Source: an uncultured delta proteobacterium (GTDB lineage: Bacteria > Myxococcota > Myxococcia > Myxococcales > Myxococcaceae). Taken from it: a stretch of DNA of 64,000 nucleotides. The stretch covers positions 512,001 to 576,000 of the forward strand of contig CAVZMH010000022.1 in the NCBI GenBank assembly GCA_963776345.1, given 5' to 3'. The notes under the pieces are model-generated. The model worked only from the letters and a program-made list of their open reading frames with translations, had not been told where the DNA came from and ran no database searches. Below are positions 1 through 10,032 of this stretch, in pieces (within the stretch, counting starts at the first letter, position 1; every line of letters begins with the position of its first letter). The translations under genes and the position numbers were made by a program.

Positions 1-137
1 AAGATGCGCCGCACCGCCAGCTCGTTCTCCGCGTCCGCGGCCAGCCCGTACACCGTCTCCGTGGGCAGGCCCACCAGCCCGCCTCGGCGGAGCACCGCGA
101 CGGCAGCGGCGATGCTATCGGGTGAGGTGACTTCCAT
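1..137 (-). CDS. tsaC: L-threonylcarbamoyladenylate synthase (Sua5/TsaC), 5' part; runs off window
   Basis: Reverse translation MEVTSPDSIAAAVAVLRRGGLVGLPTETVYGLAADA contains the Sua5 PTETVYGL motif. Confidence 0.9.
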   Translation of the reverse strand, partial: MEVTSPDSIAAAVAVLRRGGLVGLPTETVYGLAADAENELAVRRI

Positions 138-233
138 GGCGCGGTGAAGGTTGCGGTGGGCCTCACTCGCGCTCATAACAAGCACGCCCCGGCGCAGGAA
201 GTGGCGCCCGGTCCTGGCGGCCGGAGGAGCGTG

Positions 234-1577
234 ATGCAGGAGCAGCGGTACGTCGCACGCAGCCCGATGCCCGTACCCGCGCGCACGCTCTTCGACTGGC
301 ACGCGCGCCCGGGCGCGTTCGAGCGACTCACCCCGCCGTTCGACCGGGTCGAGGTCCTCGAGCGCTCGGGGGGCATCCAGCCCGGTGCGCGCACCGTCCT
401 CCGGGTCCACGTCGGGCCGGTCCCCCGCCGCTGGGTCGCGGTGCACACCTCGCTGGAGGACGGCCGCTCCTTCACCGATCGGCAGGAGTCCGGCCCGTTC
501 ACCCGCTGGGAGCAGACGCACCGGATGCTCCCCGACGGCGAGGCCCGCTCCATCCTGGAGGACGAGGTGCGGTATGCGCTCCCGCTCGGTCTGCTCGGCC
601 GGCTGGGCGCGGGCATCGCCCGGGAGAAGATCGAGGCGCTCTTCGCCTACCGCCACGCCCTCACCGCCGCCGACCTCGCCCGCCACGCCGAGCTGCCGGG
701 CCCGCCCCTCCAGGTCGGCATCACCGGCTCGCACGGGCTCATCGGGAACGCGCTCACCCACTTCCTCACCGCCGGCGGTCACACCGTGGTCCGGCTCGGC
801 CGCGGCGACCAGGCGGCCCTCGTGGACGGGCTCGACGCGGTGGTCAACCTCGCCGGAGCCAACGTCGGCGAGGGCCGGTGGACCGAGGCCAGGAAGCGCG
901 AGCTCCGCGAGAGCCGCGTCCGCACCACCGAGGCCGTCGTCTCGGGCATCCTCCGCGCCTCGCGCCGGCCGTCGGTGCTGATCAACGGGTCCGCCATGGG
1001 CTACTACGGCGACCGCGGGGACACGCCCATCGACGAGTCCTCGCCCCGTGGCACCGGCTTCCTGGCCGAGGTGGTCGAGGCGTGGGAGGCGGCGACCCGG
1101 CCCGCGGAGGAGGCGGGCGTGCGGGTGGTGAAGCTCCGCACCGGGGTGGTGCTCAGCCCGGATGCGGGGGCACTCGCCAAGATGCTCCCCATCTTCAAGG
1201 CCGGCGCGGGCGGGCGGCTCGGCTCGGGCAAGCAGGTGTTCAGCTGGATCTCGCTCGAGGACGTGATCGGCGCGCTCCACTTCGCGCTGCGCACCGGCTC
1301 GCTCCACGGCGTGGCGAACCTCACCGCCCCCGAGCCGGTCACCAACGCCGGATTCACCCACGTGCTCGGGCGGGTGCTTCATCGGCCGACGGTCGCCGCC
1401 GTCCCCGCGGGCATCATCCGCACCGTGTTCGGTGAGATGGGGCAGGAGTCGGTCCTCTCGGGCGCCAACGTCGTTCCTCGCGCCCTGCTCGACGCCGGGT
1501 TCCGGTTCCGCTGGCCGGGGCTGGAGGACGCACTCCGGTTCTGTCTGGGCAAGGTGCGGCTCCCCAGCGCCGCGTAG
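234..1577 (+). CDS. TIGR01777-family NAD-dependent epimerase with N-terminal SRPBCC domain
   Basis: N-terminal WHARPGAFERLTPP/FTDRQESGPF, then GITGSHGLIG Rossmann motif and VVNLAGA; ATG 234 chosen within ORF 144..1577. Confidence 0.85.
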   Translation: MQEQRYVARSPMPVPARTLFDWHARPGAFERLTPPFDRVEVLERSGGIQPGARTVLRVHVGPVPRRWVAVHTSLEDGRSFTDRQESGPFTRWEQTHRMLPDGEARSILEDEVRYALPLGLLGRLGAGIAREKIEALFAYRHALTAADLARHAELPGPPLQVGITGSHGLIGNALTHFLTAGGHTVVRLGRGDQAALVDGLDAVVNLAGANVGEGRWTEARKRELRESRVRTTEAVVSGILRASRRPSVLINGSAMGYYGDRGDTPIDESSPRGTGFLAEVVEAWEAATRPAEEAGVRVVKLRTGVVLSPDAGALAKMLPIFKAGAGGRLGSGKQVFSWISLEDVIGALHFALRTGSLHGVANLTAPEPVTNAGFTHVLGRVLHRPTVAAVPAGIIRTVFGEMGQESVLSGANVVPRALLDAGFRFRWPGLEDALRFCLGKVRLPSAA

Positions 1578-1640
1578 ACAGGGGAAACGCCATCCACCCT
1601 TGACCGGGGGCCCGGTGCCTGGGAAAGAAGGCGCCCCCTG

Positions 1641-2577
1641 ATGATCCAGGTCGAGCAGCTCTCCAAGTACTACGGAGCACGGGCGGCCATCCGGAACCTG
1701 TCGTTCCGCATCGACTCGGGCGAGGTGGTGGGCTTCCTGGGCCTCAACGGCGCGGGGAAGACCACCACCTTGCGAATCCTCGGCTGCGTGCTCCTGCCCA
1801 CCTCGGGCACGGTGCGGCTCGACGGGCAAGATTCTGATGTCCGCGCCGAGACAGCTCAAGGCGCGCATCGGCTATCTGCCCGAGGAGCCGCCGCTCTACC
1901 AGGACATGGGCGTCGGCGAGTACCTCGCCTTCGTGGCCGGGCTGCGCGGGGTCGAGCCGGGCCGCGTCCGCGCGCGGGTGGTGGAGACCGAGGAGCGCAC
2001 CGGGCTCGCCGCCTTCGACCGGGAGCGCATCTCCACCCTCAGCCATGGCTACCGCCAGCGCGTCGGGGTCGCCCAGGCGCTGGTGCACGGGCCCGAGCTG
2101 CTCCTGCTCGACGAGCCGGCCAACGGGCTCGACCCGGTGCAGAACGTCGAGATGCGCGCGCTGATCCGCAGCCTGCGAGGGGACCACACCGTCCTGGTCT
2201 CGAGCCACATCCTCCCGGAGATTGCCCAGACCTGCGACCGCCTCCTGGTCATCCGCGACGGCGAGCTGGTGGCGCAGGGGAGCGAGGCCGAGCTCGAGGA
2301 GCGGCTGGGGGTCGGCACCGGCGTCGAGCTGGAGATCGCCGGGCCGGTCGAGGCGGTCGCCGCGGCGCTCCGTGCCCTTCCCGGCGTGCGCGGGGTCGGC
2401 GTCCAGCCTGCGCCAGGGGGCCACGCGGTGCTCCGCGTCGAGGCGCCCGATGCGCTCCGGCCCGCGCTGGCCCAGGCGGCGCTGGGGGCCGGCGCCCAGC
2501 TCTTCCGGCTCGACGTCTCGGCGGACCGGCTGGAGTCGCTCTTCCTCAAGCTCGCCGGCCGGGGGGGCGCGGCATGA
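1641..2577 (+). CDS. ABC transporter ATP-binding protein (GldA-like), frameshifted near 1833
   Basis: Walker A GLNGAGKTT in the 1641 frame; LSHGYRQRV signature, LLLDEP Walker B and SSH in the 1837 frame. Confidence 0.85.
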
Positions 2578-3296
2578 GCCCCGTTCTCCTCATCGCCCGG
2601 CGCGAGCTGCGCGGCTACCTGCGCACCATGACCGGGTGGATCATCGCCGCGTCGGTGCTGCTCATCGACGGGCTCCTGTTCAACGCCTTTGCCCTGGAGG
2701 GCGCGCGGCGCTCCACCGAGGTGCTGACGCGGTTCTTCTACCTCGCGTCCGGCCCGGCCATGGTCGCCGCCATCTTCCTCGCCATGCGCCTGCTCGCCGA
2801 GGAGCGGCAGCTGGGGACGCTGGCGCTGCTCTACGCCTCGCCGGTCCGTGACTGGGACATCGTGCTCGGGAAGTTCCTCGGGGCGCTGGCGTTCCTCTCC
2901 GGCCTCACGCTCCTCACCCTGTACATGCCGCTGCTCATCCTGGTGCACGGGCACATCTCGGTGGGGCACCTCGTGGCGGGCTACCTCGGGCTGCTCCTGC
3001 TCGGGGCGGCCTCCCTCGGCCTCGGGACGCTCGGGTCCTCGCTCGCCCGCACCCAGGTGGTGTCGGCCATCCTCGGGGCGGCGCTGCTGGTCTCGATGCT
3101 GGTGGCCTGGCTGCTCGCGGCGGTGACCGAGCCGCCGTTCTCCGGCCTCTTCGCCGCGCTCGCGCTGCACAACGCGCACTTCCCGCCGTTCCAGTCGGGG
3201 CAGGTGCACCTGCGCGACGTGGCCTATTACCTCCTCGTCACCTGGGTGGCGCTGTTCGCCACCACCCGGGTGCTCGAGGCGCGGCGGTGGCGATGA
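2574..3296 (+). CDS. ABC-2 type permease (GldF-like)
   Basis: MSPVLLIARRELRGY, MRLLAEERQLGTLALL..SPV motif, about 6 TM segments; ATGA overlap with the ATPase. Confidence 0.85.
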   Translation: MSPVLLIARRELRGYLRTMTGWIIAASVLLIDGLLFNAFALEGARRSTEVLTRFFYLASGPAMVAAIFLAMRLLAEERQLGTLALLYASPVRDWDIVLGKFLGALAFLSGLTLLTLYMPLLILVHGHISVGHLVAGYLGLLLLGAASLGLGTLGSSLARTQVVSAILGAALLVSMLVAWLLAAVTEPPFSGLFAALALHNAHFPPFQSGQVHLRDVAYYLLVTWVALFATTRVLEARRWR

Positions 3297-5116
3297 ACGC
3301 CAGGAGCCTCCTCCTCACCGCGGCCACGGTGCTCGGGCTGTTGGCGGTCTTCCTCGCCGAGCGGGTGGTGGGCGCGGGCCCGGTCCGCCCCCTCCTGGAC
3401 GTGCTCGGGGTCCTGGCCGTCGCCGCCGCCGCCGTCGTCCGGTGGAACCGGTCGGCGCTGTCGGCGGCCGCGCCCCGGGCGCGCGTCGAGCGCGTGTTCG
3501 CCGTGCTCTCCACGCTGGCGGTGCTGGCCGTCGTCGCCTGGTTCGCCCAGTCCGAGGTGGTGCTCGCCGCGGGCGGGCCGGACGTCCACAAGAGCGCCCC
3601 CCGGGTGGCGACGGCGCTCCAGATCCTCACCGCGCTCCTGGGCGCGTCGGCCGTGCTTCCGCTCCTCCTCGGCGAGCTGGCGTACGCCGCGATGTCCCGC
3701 GCGCCCGAGGTCGAGGTGGCGCGGGTGCAGGACGCGGTGGGGACCGGGGTGGCGCTGGTCTCGGTGCTCACCGCCGCGCTCGCCCTCGGCTGGGTGGCCG
3801 ACGCCCGCGACGTCTCCCTGGACTGGAGCTTCTTCCGCCCGGGTCGCGCGAGCGACTCGACCCGCGGGCTGGTCCGCGGCCTGACCGAGCCGGTGACCCT
3901 GACCCTCTTCTATCCGCCGGGCTCCGAGGTGGGCGCGGCGGTGCGCGACTACGCCACGTCGCTGGCGACGGAGAGCCCGCTGCTCCGCGTCGAGCGCCTG
4001 GATGCGGCGGTGGACCTTGCCCGGGCCCGGGCGCTCGGGGTGAACGGGAACGGCGCCATCGCGGTGAGCCGCGGCGAGCGCCACGAGACCTACCTCACCG
4101 GCACCAGCCTGGACACGTCGAGGAGCCAGCTCCGCGAGCTGGACCCCGAGGTGCAGCGCCGCCTCTACCAGGTGGCCCGGGCGGCCCGGATCATCTACCT
4201 CACCACCGGTCACGGCGAGCGCGCGGCGCTGAACGCCGACCTCTCCGACGCCCGGGGGACGGTGCGGATGTTCCAGGAGCTGCTCCGGGCCCAGAACGAC
4301 GAGGTCCGTCCGCTCGGCGCCGCGCAGGGACTGGCCAGCGACGTGCCGCGCGACGCGGGCGCGGTGCTGGTCCTCGGTCCCACCTCGCCCTTCCTCCGCG
4401 AGGAGGTCGAGGCGCTCGTCCGGTACCTGCGCGGGGGCGGCCGGCTCCTGGTCGCGCTCGACCCCGAGTCCGGCTCGCAGTTCGACGCGCTGCTGCAGCC
4501 GCTGGGCGTGAAGTTCATCCCCACCCCGCTGGCGAACGACCGCGTGTACCTGGCACGCACCCACCAGCCGAGCGACCGCGGGCAGCTGGTGACGGCGAGC
4601 TTCGGGCCGCACGCCAGCGTCGGCACCCTGGTCCGGGCGAGCGGCAGGCTTCCCCTCTTCCTCCTCGGAACGGGCTCGCTCGAGCTCCTCACCCAGAAGC
4701 CGGCAGGGGTGAACGTCGTCTTCACCGTCACCACGCTGCCCGAGACGTTCCGCGACCTGGACGGCAACTTCCTCTTCGACCCGAGGAACGAGAAGCGGAA
4801 GGCCTGGGACGTGGCCGCGGCCATCACCCTGCCGAAGAAGGGCGCCGACGAGGGACGGGCGGTGGTGGTGGCCGACTCCGACGCCTTCACCGATCTGGCC
4901 CTCGACGCGAGCAGCGGGAACCGCGCCTTCGCGGTGGACGGCGTGCGCTGGCTCCTCGGGGAAGAGTCGCTCGGCGCGCCGGGCGGCGAGATCGACTTCC
5001 CCATCCAGCACACCCGCGGACAGGAGGTGGCCTGGTTCTACGTCACCGTCTTCGTGGCGCCGCTCGCGGTCCTCGGAGCGGGGCTCTGGGTCACCCGGCG
5101 GAGGAAGGCGCCGTGA
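3293..5116 (+). CDS. GldG-family ABC auxiliary protein with extra N-terminal TM helices
   Basis: IYLTTGHGER, VLVLGP..F..EE, GGRLLVALDP and VVVADSD motifs; C-terminal TM followed by RRRK. Confidence 0.8.
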   Translation: MNARSLLLTAATVLGLLAVFLAERVVGAGPVRPLLDVLGVLAVAAAAVVRWNRSALSAAAPRARVERVFAVLSTLAVLAVVAWFAQSEVVLAAGGPDVHKSAPRVATALQILTALLGASAVLPLLLGELAYAAMSRAPEVEVARVQDAVGTGVALVSVLTAALALGWVADARDVSLDWSFFRPGRASDSTRGLVRGLTEPVTLTLFYPPGSEVGAAVRDYATSLATESPLLRVERLDAAVDLARARALGVNGNGAIAVSRGERHETYLTGTSLDTSRSQLRELDPEVQRRLYQVARAARIIYLTTGHGERAALNADLSDARGTVRMFQELLRAQNDEVRPLGAAQGLASDVPRDAGAVLVLGPTSPFLREEVEALVRYLRGGGRLLVALDPESGSQFDALLQPLGVKFIPTPLANDRVYLARTHQPSDRGQLVTASFGPHASVGTLVRASGRLPLFLLGTGSLELLTQKPAGVNVVFTVTTLPETFRDLDGNFLFDPRNEKRKAWDVAAAITLPKKGADEGRAVVVADSDAFTDLALDASSGNRAFAVDGVRWLLGEESLGAPGGEIDFPIQHTRGQEVAWFYVTVFVAPLAVLGAGLWVTRRRKAP

Positions 5117-6243
5117 GAGGGCGCCCGGTCCTCGTCCAGGCCGCGATCGCCGCGGGGGCGCTGGCGCTCGCCGCGGTGGTGTGGACCCGGCCACCGCCCC
5201 AGGGCGCGCCCGGCGAGGTGCCGGTGGCGCCCCTGGCCCGCGGCGAGGTCAAGGCGGTGCACTGGGATGACGGCTCGCACCAGGTGGACGTCTTCCGCGC
5301 CTCGGACACCGACCGCACGGTGTGGGTGCGCATCGCCACCAGCCCCTCGCTCCAGGCGCCGGACGCCGGCGTCGCGGCCGACGCCGGGATGACCGCCGAC
5401 GCCGGTCCGGCCGCCTCCACCACGAGCATCCGGGCCGACGCCGGGATGCGCGGCCGCGCCGACGGTGGGCTCTCCGACGTGCTCCGCGCCATCAAGGAGG
5501 CGCCGCCCCCGCCCGAGCGCGAGCTCCGCGGGAACGAGACCGCCGAGCAGCTCCTCGACCGGGCCTCGCCCCCGATGGCCACCCGCGACCTGGGCATCGC
5601 CACGGCCGAGCGCCGCACCGAGCTCGGGCTCGAGGCCTCCAGCAAGCGGCTCCGGCTGGCCACCACCCCCGGGCTCCCGCTCCCCGGTCAGTCGCTGGAG
5701 TTCGTCGTCTCCACCCCGCCCGGCGCCGCGGGCGCGTACCTCCTCGCGCCGGACAACCACCTGTGGCTCATCCAGGAGTCGCTGGTGCAGGACCTCTCGG
5801 CGGCGGCGAGCCGGCTGGTGGACCGGCGCCTCCATGCGTTCCGTTCCGACGAGCCGGACGCCCTGCAGCTCCAGCTCGACGGAGCCACCCGGGACTTCAT
5901 CGTCCGCAAGGCGCAGGGCTCCACCCGGGTGGCGCCGGCCGAGAACCCCGACGCGCCGAGCCCCGAGGCGACCGCCTGGGCTGACCGGGCGTGGAGGCTC
6001 GCGCCCATCGAGGCGCTCGGACGGGGCGAGACGCCGCGCGAGGGCACGCCCGCCGTCGCCCTGCGCGTCGACTACAGCCGCGACCGGAAGCCGCTGGGGT
6101 TCCTCGAGCTGGGCCGCGCCGGGACCGAGTGGTTCGCGCGGAGTGAGCACACCGCCGGGTGGATGCGCCTCGCCGCCCAGGCCGGCGCGCTGCGCGAGCA
6201 GGCGGAGCGGCTCGAGGCCGGCGCCCCGCCCGTCCCCCGCTAG
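5113..6243 (+). CDS. DUF4340-like exported protein
   Basis: GTGA overlap, N-terminal membrane anchor, DAG-repeat linker, position after GldG. Confidence 0.65.
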   Translation: MRGRPVLVQAAIAAGALALAAVVWTRPPPQGAPGEVPVAPLARGEVKAVHWDDGSHQVDVFRASDTDRTVWVRIATSPSLQAPDAGVAADAGMTADAGPAASTTSIRADAGMRGRADGGLSDVLRAIKEAPPPPERELRGNETAEQLLDRASPPMATRDLGIATAERRTELGLEASSKRLRLATTPGLPLPGQSLEFVVSTPPGAAGAYLLAPDNHLWLIQESLVQDLSAAASRLVDRRLHAFRSDEPDALQLQLDGATRDFIVRKAQGSTRVAPAENPDAPSPEATAWADRAWRLAPIEALGRGETPREGTPAVALRVDYSRDRKPLGFLELGRAGTEWFARSEHTAGWMRLAAQAGALREQAERLEAGAPPVPR

Positions 6244-6369
6244 CGGGGCACCCCGGTCCCCCCAAGGTTTGCACTTCTTCACCGGAGCCCCGGAGGTCCC
6301 TTCACAGCCCCCGCTTACCTCTGCTCCCGCGGGGCGGCGATCCGGCCGCCCGTTGACTGGAGAACGACG

Positions 6370-6864
6370 ATGTGGGGTTTCCTGGTGGGCGCGGTCTGTC
6401 TCTACGGCCTCGCCCGGACGATGCGCGGCGGGGGCTGGGCCTACGCCCACGGTCCCGGCCACTGGGGCCGCCGCCGCTGGGGCGGGTGGCGACACGACGG
6501 CTGGGACGGGCCGGGCCGCCCGGGCGGACGGGGGCCGCTGCGCTGGCTCTTCGAGCGCATCGACACCTCGCCCGGGCAGGAGAAGGTGATCGCCGAGGCG
6601 GCGGACGCGCTCCGGGGCACGATGCGCGGCTGGCACGACGACGCCGAGCGGATGCGGTCCGACGTGGCGCGGAGCATCCGCGGCGAGACCTTCGACCTCG
6701 CGGCGCTCGAGGAGGCGTTCGCCCGGGCGGAGGCGCGGCTGGCGACGGTGCGGGAGACGCTCCGCGGACAGGCGGCGCGGGTCCACGAGGCGCTCGACAC
6801 CCGGCAGCGGGCCGAGCTGGCGGACCTGCTCGCCTCCGGCTGGCGCCGGCGCTGGAACGGGTGA
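6370..6864 (+). CDS. Spy/CpxP / periplasmic heavy-metal-sensor family protein
   Basis: IDTSPGQEKVI and VHEALDTRQRAEL motifs (LTxxQ-like); upstream of a two-component system. Confidence 0.7.
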   Translation: MWGFLVGAVCLYGLARTMRGGGWAYAHGPGHWGRRRWGGWRHDGWDGPGRPGGRGPLRWLFERIDTSPGQEKVIAEAADALRGTMRGWHDDAERMRSDVARSIRGETFDLAALEEAFARAEARLATVRETLRGQAARVHEALDTRQRAELADLLASGWRRRWNG

Positions 6865-6876
6865 GGAGGAATCGCC

Positions 6877-7080
6877 ATGCGACGTGACCTCCGCATCGCG
6901 CTCCTCGCCGCCGGCGTGGTCGTCGGCTTCGGTTCGGGGTTCCACCATCTCCGGATGCGAAGCTGGGAGCGGCGGCTGGCCTGGGAGCGGCACGTGGCCG
7001 GGCTGTGCGTCGACGCGGCCCGGGGGGCGCCCGCTCGTCCCTCTCCCTTCATGCCGCCCGGCGACCAGCCCGTGCGCTGA
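6877..7080 (+). CDS. Small membrane-anchored hypothetical protein
   Basis: GAGGAGG RBS before ATG; hydrophobic N-terminus; sits inside the operon. Confidence 0.6.
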   Translation: MRRDLRIALLAAGVVVGFGSGFHHLRMRSWERRLAWERHVAGLCVDAARGAPARPSPFMPPGDQPVR

Positions 7081-7098
7081 TAGAGTCCGCCGCGCGCC

Positions 7099-7782
7099 AT
7101 GTCCGTCCGGGTGCTGTGCATCGACGACGACCGACGGCTCCAGGAGTTGCTGGTGAGCTGGCTCGGACAGAACGGCGTCCAGGTGACGCCGGCCTACGAC
7201 GGCCAGAGCGGCATCCAGGCGCTGGACACCTCGGCCTTCGACGCCGTGCTCCTGGACGTGATGCTCCCGGGCATGGACGGGCTGGAGGTGCTCCGGCGCA
7301 TCCGCACCAGGAGCCGGGTGCCGATCCTCATGCTGACCGCCAAGGGCGACGAGACGGATCGGGTGGTGGGCCTGGAGATCGGCGCCGACGACTACGTCCC
7401 CAAGCCGTTCAGCCCGCGCGAGCTCCTGGCCCGGCTCCGCGCGGTGCTCCGCCGGAGCGCCCCCGAGGCGGTGAGCGAGAAGCTGGCGGTGGCGGACGTG
7501 CAGGTGGACGTCGGGGCCAGGCAGGTGACGGTGGAGGGCAAGCCCATCGACCTCACCGGGCTCGAGTTCGACATCCTGGTGGCGCTGATGCGGCGGGCGG
7601 GCCGGGTGATTCCCCGGGACGCGCTCCTCGCCGAGGCGGGCCGGAGCGACGTGGTGGTCGGCGAGCGGACGGTGGACGTCCACATCTCGCACCTCAGAGC
7701 GAAGCTCGGCGACGACCCGCGCTCTCCCCGTCGCATCAAGACGGTGCGCGGCGTGGGCTACGTGCTCAGCCGGGAGCAGTAG
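7099..7782 (+). CDS. OmpR/CpxR-family response regulator
   Basis: Receiver motifs DDD, LLDVMLPGMDG, KPF; winged helix VDVHISHLRAKL..IKTVRGVGY. Confidence 0.95.
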   Translation: MSVRVLCIDDDRRLQELLVSWLGQNGVQVTPAYDGQSGIQALDTSAFDAVLLDVMLPGMDGLEVLRRIRTRSRVPILMLTAKGDETDRVVGLEIGADDYVPKPFSPRELLARLRAVLRRSAPEAVSEKLAVADVQVDVGARQVTVEGKPIDLTGLEFDILVALMRRAGRVIPRDALLAEAGRSDVVVGERTVDVHISHLRAKLGDDPRSPRRIKTVRGVGYVLSREQ

Positions 7783-7784
7783 GC

Positions 7785-9104
7785 GTGGTCCCGCCCTGTC
7801 ATCCCTGGCACCGCCGGCGCTGGCCCGACTTCACGCTCTGGCGCAACCGCGCCCGGATGCAGCGGCGGCTGTTCGTCTGGTTCGGCGTCTCCATCCTGGT
7901 CACCGCCTTCGTGGTCTCGGCGGTCACCGCCGGCATCGAGCGGCTGCGCGGGCCCTCGGCGCGCGCGCAGTGGGAGAACGTCCAGGCGCTCATCGGGGCG
8001 CAGGCGGCGCGGGTGTGGAGCGATCCGGGCGAGCGGAGGGCCTGGGCCTCCGAGCTCTCGCAGCAGCTCGGCTGGGCGGTGGAGCTCGAGGACGCCCTCG
8101 GCAAGGAGCTCGGCCGGTTCGGGCCGCCGGCGCACGGCTGGATGGCGAGCGCGCCGGTGGTACGGGACGGGGTGACGGTGGGCACGGTGCGGGTGCAGCC
8201 CTGGCCCCACGGAGGCCGCGGCGGCTGGACCGCGCTCCTCGCCCTGGGGGTGGTGCTGGCGATGCTCTGGGCGATGTCGGGGCGGATCGCCTGGAAGCTG
8301 GCCTGGCCGCTGGAGGAGCTGACCCGCGTGGCCCGCGACCTGGGCGAGGGTCGGCTCCAGAGCCGCTTCGACGTGCGGCACGCCCGCGGCGAGGTGCGGT
8401 CGCTCGCCGAGGTGATGAACGGAATGGCCGAGCGCATCGAGCGGCAGCTGAAGGAGCAGCGGGAGCTCCTGGCCGCAGTGAGCCACGAGCTCCGCACCCC
8501 GCTTGCCCGGGTCCGCCTGCTCCTGGAGCTCGGGCGCGGCGGTGACGCCTCGGTGCTGGACCAGCTCGAGCACGAGGTGCTGGAGATGGACGCGCTGGTC
8601 GGCGAGCTGCTCGCCTCGGCCCGGCTCGACTTCAGCGCCATGGCCCGGCTTCCGCTGGACGCCGGCGACCTCGGCGCCCGCGCGCTGGAGCGTGCGGCGC
8701 TGCCGCCGGCGCTGCTCGAGCTCCAGTCCGGCCCGCTGTCGCTCGAGGGCGACCCCACGCTGCTCCAGCGCGCCCTGTCCAACCTCCTGGAGAATGCACG
8801 GGTGCACGGCGGCGGCGTCACCCGGCTCCGGGTGGACGGGCCCGACGGCGTGGTGCGCTTCTCGGTGGAGGACGCCGGCCCCGGGCTCTCCGACGCCGGC
8901 GACCGCGCCTTCCATCCCTTCCAGCGCGGCGAGACCAGCGACGGGCTGGGGCTCGGGCTGGCGCTGGTGCGGCGGATCGCCGAGGCGCACGGCGGAAGCG
9001 CCTTCGCCGAGAATCGCGCCGAGGGCGGCGCCCGCGTCGGCTTCACCGTCCGCGCACCGTCCGGGCGCGCCGCGGTCAGGGCTCCTCGAGCGTCCCCGGG
9101 GTGA
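7785..9104 (+). CDS. HAMP-domain sensor histidine kinase
   Basis: Two TMs, HAMP, SHELRTPL H-box, NLLENA, DAGPG, GLGLAL; start approximate. Confidence 0.9.
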   Translation: MVPPCHPWHRRRWPDFTLWRNRARMQRRLFVWFGVSILVTAFVVSAVTAGIERLRGPSARAQWENVQALIGAQAARVWSDPGERRAWASELSQQLGWAVELEDALGKELGRFGPPAHGWMASAPVVRDGVTVGTVRVQPWPHGGRGGWTALLALGVVLAMLWAMSGRIAWKLAWPLEELTRVARDLGEGRLQSRFDVRHARGEVRSLAEVMNGMAERIERQLKEQRELLAAVSHELRTPLARVRLLLELGRGGDASVLDQLEHEVLEMDALVGELLASARLDFSAMARLPLDAGDLGARALERAALPPALLELQSGPLSLEGDPTLLQRALSNLLENARVHGGGVTRLRVDGPDGVVRFSVEDAGPGLSDAGDRAFHPFQRGETSDGLGLGLALVRRIAEAHGGSAFAENRAEGGARVGFTVRAPSGRAAVRAPRASPG

Positions 9105-10032
9105 ACGTCAGCCCGTCAGAAGCCCGGAGAGATTCCCCGGCGACCCTCGAGGGCGCGCTCACCCGCTCCACCAGCGTCGCCGCCAGCCGCGTCCCTGCGA
9201 CCTGGGAGGCGAGGCGGATCCACAGCACGACCTGCCCGGCGCCGAGCGCGAGGAGCGCGAGACCGGCGCTGCCCTCGGGGAGCGAGGCCCGGGCGCGGGC
9301 CGCCAGGAGCACCACCAGCGTGGCGACTCCGCCGAGGGCGGCGTAGGCCAGCACGGCCAGCGGGGAGGCCAGGACCAGCCGCACGGCGCGCCAGGCGGCC
9401 CGGCGCGTGGCCCGCTCGTCGTCCCGGAAGAGCAGCACCCGGCCGACGTCGAGGGTGAGCCTCCACAGCGCCAGCGCCAGCGCCACCACGCCCAGGTGGA
9501 GGATGCTCCAGCCGCCGAGGAGACGGCCGAAGGCCCACGTCTCCTCGGGCACGGTGAACACCGTCGGCAGCCCGAGCGCGCGCATGAGGAGCGCGAGTCC
9601 CGCGGGCACCAGCGCCGCCACCGCGAGGAGCCCGAGCAGCCAGAGGTACAGGCGCGCGTTGCGCCCGAGGAGCCGCCCCGACTGGCCGAAGAAGGCTCCG
9701 AGCCGGAATGGCCCGCCCGCGCAGGTCCGCCACACCACCCCGCCGGCGAGGAACGTCTGGAGCACGACCAGGAGCAGGAGCGGGGCGGCGACGGACGGCG
9801 TTCCTCCGCGATCGATCACCGTGCCGAGGCCGAGGAGCAGCTCGAACGACAGGAGCGGCTTGCCCGCAGCCCGTGGGGCATGGCCGAGCGCCGCGAGGAC
9901 GGGGGCGATCATCGGGGCGACCATCAGGCCCGCGACCAGCCAGTTGGCCCAGAGCAGCACCGCCACCGTCCGCCACTCGCGGAACCCCACGCCGACCGCC
10001 TCCAGCGCTGCCGCCCCGCGCGTGCGGCTCAC
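9076..10032 (-). CDS. Polytopic membrane protein, hypothetical
   Basis: Several hydrophobic helices; GTGA overlap with the M1 peptidase stop. Confidence 0.7.
   Translation of the reverse strand: MSRTRGAAALEAVGVGFREWRTVAVLLWANWLVAGLMVAPMIAPVLAALGHAPRAAGKPLLSFELLLGLGTVIDRGGTPSVAAPLLLLVVLQTFLAGGVVWRTCAGGPFRLGAFFGQSGRLLGRNARLYLWLLGLLAVAALVPAGLALLMRALGLPTVFTVPEETWAFGRLLGGWSILHLGVVALALALWRLTLDVGRVLLFRDDERATRRAAWRAVRLVLASPLAVLAYAALGGVATLVVLLAARARASLPEGSAGLALLALGAGQVVLWIRLASQVAGTRLAATLVERVSAPSRVAGESLRASDGLTFTPGTLEEP

Noticed and set aside
1820..1845. Programmed ribosomal frameshift in the ABC ATPase
   Set aside because: No slippery heptamer, and similar indels hit unrelated genes, so sequencing error is simpler.
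6260..6330. CpxR-like tandem boxes upstream of the CpxP-like gene
   Set aside because: TTCAC/CTTAC half-sites are present but the spacing is irregular; too weak to call.
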